Shown: one piece after another, positions 1-8,493 of the stretch
Numbering within the stretch: the first letter of the stretch is position 1
Layout: each line of letters begins with the position of its first letter
Origin: Candidatus Heimdallarchaeota archaeon
GTDB lineage: Archaea; Asgardarchaeota; Heimdallarchaeia; JABLTI01
Length of the DNA stretch: 13,836 nucleotides
Assembly: GCA_019058275.1 (NCBI GenBank)
Contig: JAHLVW010000113.1
Coordinates: forward strand, 1-13,836
Direction of reading: 5' to 3'
Made by a program: the position numbers and the translations under genes
Notes under the pieces: model-generated
Told to the model about the DNA's origin: nothing
What the model saw: only the letters and a program-made list of their open reading frames with translations
The model's database searches: none

Positions 1-305
1 ATCTTTTCATATAATGAAATAGCATTTTGATTTTTTGCAGTAACTTCAAGCTCTACAAATTGGATATCTTCTTGGGTTGCGATATTAAAAGCATGATTGA
101 TTAGTTTCTTACCAAGTCCTTTTCCTCTATACTTTTCAAGTACACCAATTTTATCAATATAAAGAGTCTTTTCTGGAAGTTTAAAAGGTGGACCAAAACC
201 AAGTAACATGAGACTCGTTCTAAGTGATTTGATGATATTCATTTGCCTCAATAAGATCTTAATAGTAGATCCCAATGGAGCTCTTTTTCCTTTGGAAACC
301 AATTC
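1..305 (-). pseudogene. GNAT N-acetyltransferase, 5'-truncated fragment (runs off the left edge)
   Basis: Not in the ORF track. My translation: ELVSKGKRAPLGSTIKILLRQMNIIKSLRTSLMLLGFGPPFKLPEKTLYIDKIGVLEKYRGKGLGKKLINHAFNIATQEDIQFVELEVTAKNQNAISLYEK. It has the acetyl-CoA motif A (V..KYRGKGLG) and motif B (N..AI.LYEK). An in-frame TAA at 335-333 leaves no room for the N-terminal part of the fold. Confidence 0.8.
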
Positions 306-581
306 ATGATTGCTCTTGATAGTTCGACAGGATTAGTGAAAGGACTTCATTTTCGCGGTTGGGCACAAGGTTCCTGTAATAATTTAGCTGTAGATCTTGT
401 TCTTGACTATCATTATGAACTCTCTTCATACTCATTACCTCGCTTTCACTATGGCACTTTTCCCCAATCCCCGTATCTTCTTCTAACTATTATACCCTCA
501 GTATTTATCGTCCTACTTGTACCTTTACTGTTATATATTCGTAAGCGCAAGCGTAAACAAGAAGTAAATGTTGAAGCATAA
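306..581 (+). pseudogene. C-terminal fragment of a membrane-anchored surface protein (resembles the C-termini of Heimdallarchaeia 'choice-of-anchor S'-type proteins)
   Basis: Beta-rich segment, then a TM helix (LLLTIIPSVFIVLLVPLLLYI) and basic tail RKRKRK. No signal peptide, and an in-frame stop lies about 50 nt upstream. The family resemblance is from memory only. Confidence 0.55.
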
Positions 582-743
582 TTTCCTCTCCCAAAAACTT
601 GTTTATTGTATAAAAAAAGTAAAAAGAAGAAAGGGTTATTGCTGAGTCCTATCTGAGTAAAAGCATGGAAGAATTTCTACCTGAGGAAACAAGTAATGAC
701 GCTGACGAAACAACACAAATAAACAATAATTAGTAATATCATG

Positions 744-1097
744 TTACAATGCCTTAAACACTGTTTTTGGTCTGCCTATCTTACCATTCTTAAGATAGTC
801 AAGAGAAATCTTATCTTTCTGGACTAACTTCATTAACGCATCAAAGATAGTCGTTCGGGGTAGGTTGGTATATTTAGCTAATTGGTCTCGAGTAAGCCCA
901 CCAAAAGTAGTAAAGAGATCCAATAGCACATCTGGTAGAAAGGTAATCTTCTCTAATTCTGATTCTTGACAAAAGAGATACCCTACTCGTTCACTGATAA
1001 TTAGCTTCTTTTTTGTGAATTCAGTTGCTGGTTTACATTTGAGTATACTGATATTCTCTACCCATTTTGGTTGGGTAACAGTTTCCATTCGAATCAT
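744..1097 (-). CDS. Winged helix-turn-helix protein, TrmB-like
   Basis: GLTRDQLAKYTNLPRTTIFDALMKL HTH followed by a wing with GRPKTVF. Confidence 0.8.
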   Translation of the reverse strand: MIRMETVTQPKWVENISILKCKPATEFTKKKLIISERVGYLFCQESELEKITFLPDVLLDLFTTFGGLTRDQLAKYTNLPRTTIFDALMKLVQKDKISLDYLKNGKIGRPKTVFKAL

Positions 1098-1155
1098 TGG
1101 TCTAACCTATCTTGTTGTTCTTTTTTCGCTATTAAAACTCTCGAGATTTCTTGCG

Positions 1156-2559
1156 TCAGTTACGAATGATACTTGAAATTGTTATCAAAGCGATAGTCGG
1201 AAAGACAACCAAGACACCTATGTTTGAAATCGGCAAACTGGGTTCTTCTTGATTAGTATAAGGATACTTAGGACTGTAGAGATAACTCTCAGTTAAATCG
1301 TCAATAATATCATTATCAGAATCCATCCAACCTGTATGAAGAACTGTTCCACGATGACAGTACCATGGATTACTACCAGATTGACTGACACCAGATAAAG
1401 AAAGGCAATAAACAATATCATCTGTTGAACCGAAAATAATCTCAAACAAACCATTATTATCAATATCAACAACTAAAGGTGTTGAATGTATATAGTCATC
1501 TGTTTCATATTTCCAAATCATTTGTCCAGTACTGTCAATACAATAGAGATAATTATCACCTGAACCAATTACTAACTTCCATGAGTCCATCATTATCTAA
1601 ATCAGCAATAGTAGGTGAAGAAGCGATTTTCTCATCTGTTTCAAAAGTCCATTTCATTGTACCTTCTGAATTTATACAATGTATTTTGTAATCATAAGAA
1701 CCAATTAAAACTTCAGTCAAACCATCATTATCAATATCTGCAACTGCGGGAGATGAAAAAACCCAATCTTTTGTATCGTAAGACCAAATCTTCCTACCAG
1801 TTTGATCTAAACAGAGAACTTTACTATTTTCTGAACCCACAATGATTTCTAAAAAATCATCATTATTAACATCTGTGATAGCTGGTGATGAACGAACATT
1901 TCTCCAAGTATCGTATGACCATAATTCTTGTCCATGATAATTTAAACAGTAGATTTTGTTACCTTCAGAACCAAAGATAACTTCTAAGTAATCGTCAGCA
2001 TTAATATTTGCTATAGCTGGTGAAGAATATATACTATCACCTACTATGAATGACCATTTTAATTGACCGTTATTTGTTAAACAATACAGTTTGTTATCTG
2101 TAGAGCCAAAGATTATTTCAAATGAACATCTAAATCTATATCCGCTATTGCTGGTGAGGTAAACACATTATCTTTAGTTGTGTATGACCAAATTTCATTG
2201 CTTGCTATATCAAGACAATAAAGATTGCCATTATCAGACCCGAAGAGAATTTCAACTTGATTATTACCGTCAATATCCCAAATTGCTGATGAAGAACGAA
2301 CATCACTATTTGTTTGGAAGTTCCATATTTCGTTTCCTTGATTGTTAAGGCAATATAGTTTATCGTCAGTTGATCCAATTAGTATTTCATATTGCTTATC
2401 CTTTTCAATATGCAATATTGTAGGAGAGGATACTATATAACCATCTGTTTTATATGACCATTCAAGAGTAACTTCTATAGATTCTGTTTCAACACCACTA
2501 ACAAAACTAAACATTGAAGTTAAAATAATCGTTACTACTAACAGATTTTTTCCTTGCAA
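1156..2559 (-). pseudogene. Exported, membrane-anchored 8-bladed beta-propeller (PQQ-like/FG-GAP Ca-binding repeats), frameshifted twice
   Basis: ORFs 2113-2559, 1556-1840 (frame open from 2125) and 1156-1593 join into one protein of about 467 aa. One base is missing at about 2127 (GAT GT TCA for GAT GGT TCA) and one is extra at about 1574-1576. It has a signal peptide, eight ~45-aa repeats (W.Y.T...V.SSPAIADID.DG..EI..GS.D..LYCL...G) and a C-terminal TM helix. Confidence 0.88.
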
Positions 2560-2607
2560 CTTTCATCATCTCAAACCTCACTCAATGGTTTTTGTTTAAA
2601 AAGAGCT

Positions 2608-2622
2608 AAAAAAAGAAAAAAA
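2608..2622 (-). terminator. Oligo-T tract, putative archaeal terminator after the 2651-2995 gene
   Basis: The + strand reads AAAAAAGAAAAAAA, i.e. T-runs on the minus strand about 30 nt after the stop codon. Confidence 0.4.
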
Positions 2623-2650
2623 GTAGTTTTTAATTTTAAGAAAAATCATT

Positions 2651-2995
2651 TTAGATTCCAGAAGTAGCAAATAAGCCAATTACAATACTATGATATATTA
2701 TAACAACTAAGCTAAAAATGAACCCTGAAATACTGTATCTACTTCTTTTTTCACCTAAAGTAAAACTACCAATAATCAGATCAATAAATGCTATTGAAGC
2801 AATTATTCCTAAAATTATGTACAAACCATTTAATGATGGTTTTTGTGTAGCTGTAAAAACAATCATAAAAATAATCGAACTTGCCAATACACTAAACCCA
2901 ATGATGAAAATGATTTTTGCGAGAATATGATTATTTTTGAATTTTTTGAGATTATTTATATCACTTCCGTTTTCATTAATTGAATCATTATTCAT
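2651..2995 (-). CDS. Small membrane protein, 3 TM helices, function unknown
   Basis: Three hydrophobic segments. AAGGAG RBS at 3009-3004, and the start is 18 nt after the stop of the peptidase gene. Confidence 0.75.
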   Translation of the reverse strand: MNNDSINENGSDINNLKKFKNNHILAKIIFIIGFSVLASSIIFMIVFTATQKPSLNGLYIILGIIASIAFIDLIIGSFTLGEKRSRYSISGFIFSLVVIIYHSIVIGLFATSGI

Positions 2996-3013
2996 TTCTA
3001 AATCTCCTTTAAA

Positions 3014-4567
3014 CTAATACCCCCAATTAATATAAAATGTATATGTTCCCCAAGTACTTTGTATATACATCACTGATTCCTCATCTTCACTGTCATATTT
3101 ATCATCATACCAGTCTTTGATATCTGGACCAATATCCGTTACTGTTACTTGGCATGTTCCTTCATAAGCCACAGAAAAGAAAAACGCCATTTCATCTTTA
3201 GGTACCACCACTGTACCGCCTGAAATAACATCATGTCCCCAGCAATAGTTTGAATATGAGTCTCCATATACATTCATATAATGCTTTTCCCTAAATGACC
3301 AACTTTCTAAACATTCATTATGGTCACCAGAAGCAAAGCTATCTAAGCCATAGCCTTTACAAGCAGCTATCCAAAGCAAAACCTTAGTACTCTCAGATGT
3401 AATATCATCTATTAAATTCTCATATTCTGATAGCTTTACAACATTTGTCCACCATAGTCCGAGAATGTTATGTGATGTCCCAGTCATTGTATAATGGTTT
3501 CCACCCCATTTTATCCCATGACTATTAGCAAAAACGATAAGTTTCCCAGTAAGTCCTAATTGGCTATCAGCATAAGTAAGCATATTTTCAAGATTATTAT
3601 CATCTGTTTGAGTTGAGTTTCCATCCATGCAGTAAGTAACACACCAACCATAATCCAAGATACCTGCTTTGTATTCATCTGGTGCTGATGATCTTACACA
3701 TCCAAGGATGAAACTTCGGCATTCTATAGGAGGATAATCAAGTTTATCAGATAATACATATTTGAAGTTACTTGTACCAAAAATCACTGCCCACATACTA
3801 CTGCTACCAGTACCTGGTGTTGTGGTTGAGAAACTACTTGTACCCTTTCCTTTAATTTCGTATTCAGTGGCAGCATCTTCCAGAGCAAGCTCATGATTAA
3901 CTCCGCGAATTGGTATAATAATCTCAGTGCTACCATCAAAAAATGGATATAGCATCGTTTCAAAAATTAAGTTATCAAAAGATAAACGAAATTCTTCAAT
4001 ATAATGAATATTTGGTATATATTCCGGTGTTTCGTAGAATGTTCCATTAATTTCTGTTGTGATATTTTTCTCATACCCATAAGGACCACCACTGATATCG
4101 ATTATTCGCAGATAATAGATTCGTTCATCAGCTTTGACATACTCTTCATTAGTAAATCCAAAAGTCGATAAGTTACTATCCATAGTTAATCTATCTCGTT
4201 TATCACTAACAGATCTATCCAATGAATTATGGTTCTTAGACCAAATCATTTTCTCTTTTATCAGATGATTAGCTTTCATCAATGGTTCATTTGGTGACTT
4301 GTATCCCAAAGAAATTTCTAAATTAGCTGAATTATTGCATACTAAGTCAAGTTTGATTGAACTTTGTTGAAGCTCATGTTTTGTAAAATAAGCTTCTGTG
4401 TCCACCATTTTAGCTGTGCCTTTAACTATTCCTGGCACTGGTTTATCAAGTAGATATCCTGCTCTATATTTCTGGTCATAATTTATTAATACAACTGTTG
4501 AAGATATAACACTAAGTGATAGAAGTAAAATTACAACCCCTCTTAATTTTCCCTTCATATTATTCAA
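3014..4567 (-). CDS. Exported/membrane-anchored caspase-like (clan CD, C14/C13-like) cysteine peptidase with an N-terminal P-domain-like beta-sandwich
   Basis: N-terminal signal/TM and a Ser/Thr linker (TSSFSTTTPGTGSSS). The C-terminal domain has WAVIFGTSNF (first strand), LIVFANSHG (His350) and VLLWIAACKG (Cys403). Confidence 0.68.
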   Translation of the reverse strand: MNNMKGKLRGVVILLLSLSVISSTVVLINYDQKYRAGYLLDKPVPGIVKGTAKMVDTEAYFTKHELQQSSIKLDLVCNNSANLEISLGYKSPNEPLMKANHLIKEKMIWSKNHNSLDRSVSDKRDRLTMDSNLSTFGFTNEEYVKADERIYYLRIIDISGGPYGYEKNITTEINGTFYETPEYIPNIHYIEEFRLSFDNLIFETMLYPFFDGSTEIIIPIRGVNHELALEDAATEYEIKGKGTSSFSTTTPGTGSSSMWAVIFGTSNFKYVLSDKLDYPPIECRSFILGCVRSSAPDEYKAGILDYGWCVTYCMDGNSTQTDDNNLENMLTYADSQLGLTGKLIVFANSHGIKWGGNHYTMTGTSHNILGLWWTNVVKLSEYENLIDDITSESTKVLLWIAACKGYGLDSFASGDHNECLESWSFREKHYMNVYGDSYSNYCWGHDVISGGTVVVPKDEMAFFFSVAYEGTCQVTVTDIGPDIKDWYDDKYDSEDEESVMYIQSTWGTYTFYINWGY

Positions 4568-4971
4568 TCACATATAGTTGTAATATTAATTACAATTCCA
4601 AACTTAAAGATATTTTGTTTTTCTGTCGCTAAAGATTATTCATGCTCTAATTATGACTACAACGAGTTTTTTTGGTGTTTTTATTTGTTGATAATAACTA
4701 TCTTTTAGCTAATATTATTGCATTAAAGGTTACTCTCGAGATGACAACGAAAGAGGAATTTTACAGTTTCAAGAAACCACCCATTTATGATATACTATTT
4801 GGAATCTTTATCGTTAAATGCTAAACATATAATTTTAGAAAACGATGGAATGTCTTTGCGTTTACATTTAACTATAGCAATGCTATTCATATGATTCAAC
4901 CTGAAGATCACTTAATTATAGTCAATAGTCATTTCAATTTTTCAAGGTATTCTTTACTGAAAGTGTGAGTA

Positions 4972-4991
4972 TAAAGAGAATGTTTTTATAA
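4972..4991 (+). promoter_or_regulatory. Putative BRE/TATA promoter of the SPT-like gene
   Basis: Purine run (AAAGAGAA) then TTTTTATAA ending at 4991, 31 nt before the ATG at 5023. This implies a short leader. Confidence 0.45.
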
Positions 4992-5022
4992 CTCTTCAAA
5001 ACCAAGATTTTATGTGATATAA

Positions 5023-6243
5023 ATGGCATTCTTTGACAAATATAGAGAAAAAGCTGAAAATGAGTTGCTAGTCGAAGTAAGAATGGCTAAAGAACTCGGT
5101 TACTATCCTTATTTCAAAGAACTTTGTAGTGAACAAGGACCTGTTGTGGATATTTGTGGTAGAGAAGTAATTATGCTTGGCTCAAATAATTACTTGGGTA
5201 TGACAACAAATCCAAAAGTGAAAGCTGCTGCAAAAAAAGCAATCGATGAATTTGGTGTTGGCTCCACTGGTTCGAGACTGCTTAATGGAACTATGGAACT
5301 TCATGTAGAATTAGAAAAACGTTTAGCTAATTTCTTTGGCACAGAAGAAGCAGTAATCTTTTCAACAGGAATGCAAGCAAATCTTGGGACACTATCATGT
5401 TTCTTAGATAAAGATGATTGGGTAATCTCAGATGAACAAAACCATGCGTCCATAATAGATGGCATCAGACTAGGAAGAATTACTTCTGATCGAAAAAAGA
5501 TTTACAAACATAATGATATGGATGATCTCAAGAGATGTTTAAAAGAAATACCAAAAGGTGAACATGCACTAATTGTCACTGATGGTGTTTTCTCTATGCA
5601 TGGTGATATTGCTCCTTTGAATGTTATCACTGAATTAGCTGAACAATATGGTGCTGGAGTCTATGTAGATGATGCCCATGCTGTAGGCGTTATGGGATCA
5701 AATGGCAGAGGAACAGCACATCATTTTGGCGTTCAAGATAAAGTAGATATCATTATGGGTACTTTTTCCAAGAGTTTTGCTTCTATAGGAGGTTATGTTG
5801 CTGGCTCAGAATCCATTTGCCAATGGATTAAACATCGTGCTAGATCTTTAATCTTTAGTGCAAGTGCTCCACCAGCTTCAGTTGCTACTGTAATAGCAAT
5901 TCTTGATATCGTTGAAAAAGATGATTCTATTCGAAAGAAACTATGGTCAAATACAAAACGTTTGCGAGAAGGATATTTGGATGCAGGATTCGACATAGGC
6001 AGTTCAGAAACACCAATCATACCAATAATCGTTGGGAATGACATGCTAACATTTCAATTCTTCAAGAATCTTTTTGAAGAAACTCCTAGAAGCGTTTATA
6101 CTAATCCTGTTCGTGTTCCTGCAGTTCCACAAGGTGGTCAACTTTTGCGAACTTCTTGTCAAGCATCTTTTGAATATGAAGTTCTTGATGAAGCAGTAGA
6201 GATTATCACAAAACATGGAAAAGAACTTGCAATAATTAGTTGA
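5023..6243 (+). CDS. PLP-dependent alpha-oxoamine synthase (AOS family), most like bacterial serine palmitoyltransferase; BioF/KBL not excluded
   Basis: Motifs GSNNYLG, GSRLLNGT, NHASIIDG (His141), DGVFSM.GD, DDAH and GTFSKS (PLP Lys250). GYYPYF near the N-terminus and IFSAS.PP are typical of Bacteroidetes-type SPT. Confidence 0.9.
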   Translation: MAFFDKYREKAENELLVEVRMAKELGYYPYFKELCSEQGPVVDICGREVIMLGSNNYLGMTTNPKVKAAAKKAIDEFGVGSTGSRLLNGTMELHVELEKRLANFFGTEEAVIFSTGMQANLGTLSCFLDKDDWVISDEQNHASIIDGIRLGRITSDRKKIYKHNDMDDLKRCLKEIPKGEHALIVTDGVFSMHGDIAPLNVITELAEQYGAGVYVDDAHAVGVMGSNGRGTAHHFGVQDKVDIIMGTFSKSFASIGGYVAGSESICQWIKHRARSLIFSASAPPASVATVIAILDIVEKDDSIRKKLWSNTKRLREGYLDAGFDIGSSETPIIPIIVGNDMLTFQFFKNLFEETPRSVYTNPVRVPAVPQGGQLLRTSCQASFEYEVLDEAVEIITKHGKELAIIS

Positions 6244-6249
6244 AAGTAA

Positions 6250-6296
6250 TGATTAAACATACACTTTTGTGTGTTTAATCAACCACTACTTTTTTT
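6250..6296 (+). terminator. Hairpin plus T-tract after the SPT-like gene
   Basis: TGATTAAACATACA-CTTT-TGTGTGTTTAATCA forms a 14-bp stem with one G-U pair (6250-6281), followed by T7 at 6290-6296. Confidence 0.6.
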
Positions 6297-6359
6297 CTCA
6301 AAATTTATTTATACTAACATTTCATGTAGTTACATTACTTTGGATGTTAAGTTGATTTT

Positions 6360-7853
6360 TTGGTTTGGCGATTCATAATGGAGAGGAACAGTTCTTCTGA
6401 TATTACATCAGAGGGAGTAAAAGAACCAGAAGTAATAGAACTAGCAAGAGTAGATGAAGCTAAAACAACTAGTAAAAAAAACATTCTTTATTGGGCATTC
6501 TATGATGCTGCAGATACTGTTTTTGCTATGGCAATAATATCAATAACCTTGTTTCAATGGGGGGAACTTGCTGGTATGAAAGAGGGTTTTTCTTTCTATA
6601 ATGCCCATTTAATGGTTAGTACTTTCCTTATGATATCGAATATTCTTGTAGCGATTTTAATGCCTATTTTCGGAGCTCATTCAGATATAATTGGGAGAAG
6701 GAAACCTATAGTGCTTATTTTTGCTTCATTGACAATAATATTAACACCTTTAATTGTTATTACTCGGAAATTTGTTTTAGGTTTGGTTATTTTCACTATT
6801 GCAAATATTTGTTATCAAGCTGCTAATCTTTACTATGAATCAATGCTACCTTATATTAGTGATACCAAATCTCGAGCTAAGGTGTCAGCATTTGCCATAG
6901 CATTTGGTTACATTGGGACAATTGTGTCTGTAGTTCTAATTTTTGTTTTACCGATACTTTTTGGTGAAGCAACAGATGCTGATGATGTAATGAAATATTT
7001 TGTTTCTCGAGAATTTATTGAGCTTAATTGGGTTTTCTGGATGTTCATCTTTGCTGCTATATTTTACTTGCTTCTTGCAATTCCCTTTTTCTTTACAAAA
7101 GAAAGAGCTGCTAAATTCGAAAAAAGGGAAAACTTAAGTAAAGTTATCCGAAGCTCCTTTGTTCAACTTGGTAGAACTACAAAAGAGATCTTTAAAGAAA
7201 ATCGCAATATGGTTATATTTATTTTCAGCTGGTTTTTAATTAACGATGCAATCGGAACAGCAATTGCTGTTTTAGTGGACTACTTAAGAGAGGGGTTAGG
7301 TTTTCAAGAAAGAATTGCTGGTGTTATTCTAATTATTGGAATTATTGTTGGCATTGGTTTTCTTTACTTAATGGGTCCGACAATAGACAAGAAGGGTCCA
7401 AAATTTGGTTTAGTTATTACTGCAATAACTTGGGCATTAGGAATAATACTTATAGTTTTAGCTGGGATAAACAGTAAAATTAGATTCTTTGTTTACATTG
7501 GTTCCATATTTCTCTCTTTTGGAATGGGTTCTGTTTTTATTGTGGGACGACAATTTATCCTAGAATTATCTCCTCCAAATAAGATTGGCCAATATATGGG
7601 TTTCAAGAAAATCTCTGGGAAAGCTAGTGCTGCCTTAGGTCCTTTGATCTTTTCAAGTATTCTTGCATCAGGTAAGCTATTAGGTAAGACAATAGCATAT
7701 CAGTTAGCAATATCATCACTTCTTGGCTTCTTTGTAATTGGGGTTGTTATTGGATTATTTATCAAAAATTATCATCCATTGTACATAAAAGGACAAAGAT
7801 TCCCATATGCTGGTGAAAAAATAGAAAATGAAGGCGTTAAGGATAACGCCTAA
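6360..7853 (+). CDS. MFS transporter, ATG22/UMF1-like family (ATG at 6378 is the more likely start)
   Basis: About 12 TM helices. N-terminal WAFYDAADTVF, MFS motif A (G.HSDIIGRRK), YYESMLP..S, and second-half motif DKKGPK. Confidence 0.88.
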   Translation: MVWRFIMERNSSSDITSEGVKEPEVIELARVDEAKTTSKKNILYWAFYDAADTVFAMAIISITLFQWGELAGMKEGFSFYNAHLMVSTFLMISNILVAILMPIFGAHSDIIGRRKPIVLIFASLTIILTPLIVITRKFVLGLVIFTIANICYQAANLYYESMLPYISDTKSRAKVSAFAIAFGYIGTIVSVVLIFVLPILFGEATDADDVMKYFVSREFIELNWVFWMFIFAAIFYLLLAIPFFFTKERAAKFEKRENLSKVIRSSFVQLGRTTKEIFKENRNMVIFIFSWFLINDAIGTAIAVLVDYLREGLGFQERIAGVILIIGIIVGIGFLYLMGPTIDKKGPKFGLVITAITWALGIILIVLAGINSKIRFFVYIGSIFLSFGMGSVFIVGRQFILELSPPNKIGQYMGFKKISGKASAALGPLIFSSILASGKLLGKTIAYQLAISSLLGFFVIGVVIGLFIKNYHPLYIKGQRFPYAGEKIENEGVKDNA

Positions 7854-7860
7854 GATTGCT

Positions 7861-8493
7861 TCAACTTTGAATTAGTTTTAAGAAATATTCATGGAATCGG
7901 AAGTCGTGTGTTAATTCTGGATGGAAAGTAACTGCAAGGAGTTTATCTTGTTTGGCAGCGAAAATTTCTTCTGAATTCCTGCAGAGAACTTCAACATTCT
8001 TTTTCACTGAAGTAATTATTGGAGCACGAATGAAAACACCTGGAAAAGGTTTCTTTCCTAGTACATCGATTAACAATTCCTTTTCAAAGGATTCTTGTTG
8101 TCTTCCATACTTATTCCTAACTACTTCTATATCCATTAATTCAAGAAGTGTTTGAGAAAACTCTTTCACAACATTGTCTGATGAGGTTTTTGATAGCATA
8201 ATAGTTCCAGCACAGGTACCAAATATCGCCAAGCCATTCTTGACTTTCTCTTTTATTTTATTGATTAATTTGTCACCAAATCGCATTTCAGAGACAAGTC
8301 GACTCATGACTGTGCTTTCTCCTCCTGGGATTATCAAACCATCTAATAGCTCTATTTCTTCTGGTTTCTTAACCCAAATGGTATTAGGTTTATACCCGTT
8401 TTTCTTTAGAACTTCATTCATCATGTTAACATGTTCAAGAACATCACCTTGAACTGCAAGAACACCAATTGCTATACTTTTCTTCATTGACAT
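7861..8493 (-). CDS. pdxT: PLP synthase glutaminase subunit PdxT
   Basis: GVLAVQGDV.EH, IIPGGEST, GTCAG (catalytic Cys), RN.YGRQ.ESFE, FIRAP, FHPE. The start overlaps the pdxS stop (TAATG). Confidence 0.97.
   Translation of the reverse strand: MSMKKSIAIGVLAVQGDVLEHVNMMNEVLKKNGYKPNTIWVKKPEEIELLDGLIIPGGESTVMSRLVSEMRFGDKLINKIKEKVKNGLAIFGTCAGTIMLSKTSSDNVVKEFSQTLLELMDIEVVRNKYGRQQESFEKELLIDVLGKKPFPGVFIRAPIITSVKKNVEVLCRNSEEIFAAKQDKLLAVTFHPELTHDFRFHEYFLKLIQS

Noticed and set aside
640-720. CTGANGA/GAAA words suggesting a hammerhead ribozyme or C/D sRNA
   Set aside because: I could not build the required stems or properly spaced boxes.
1156-1158. TGA as selenocysteine or recoded codon
   Set aside because: It lies in a post-TM basic tail with no redox motif and no convincing SECIS. 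TGA is a normal stop in the SPT-like, pdxT and trmO genes.
1479-1845. Plus-strand ORFs 1479-1691 and 1615-1845
   Set aside because: Antisense shadows of the propeller gene with no recognisable motifs.
2718-2930. Plus-strand 70-aa ORF
   Set aside because: Antisense to the 3-TM gene, which has an RBS and operon context.
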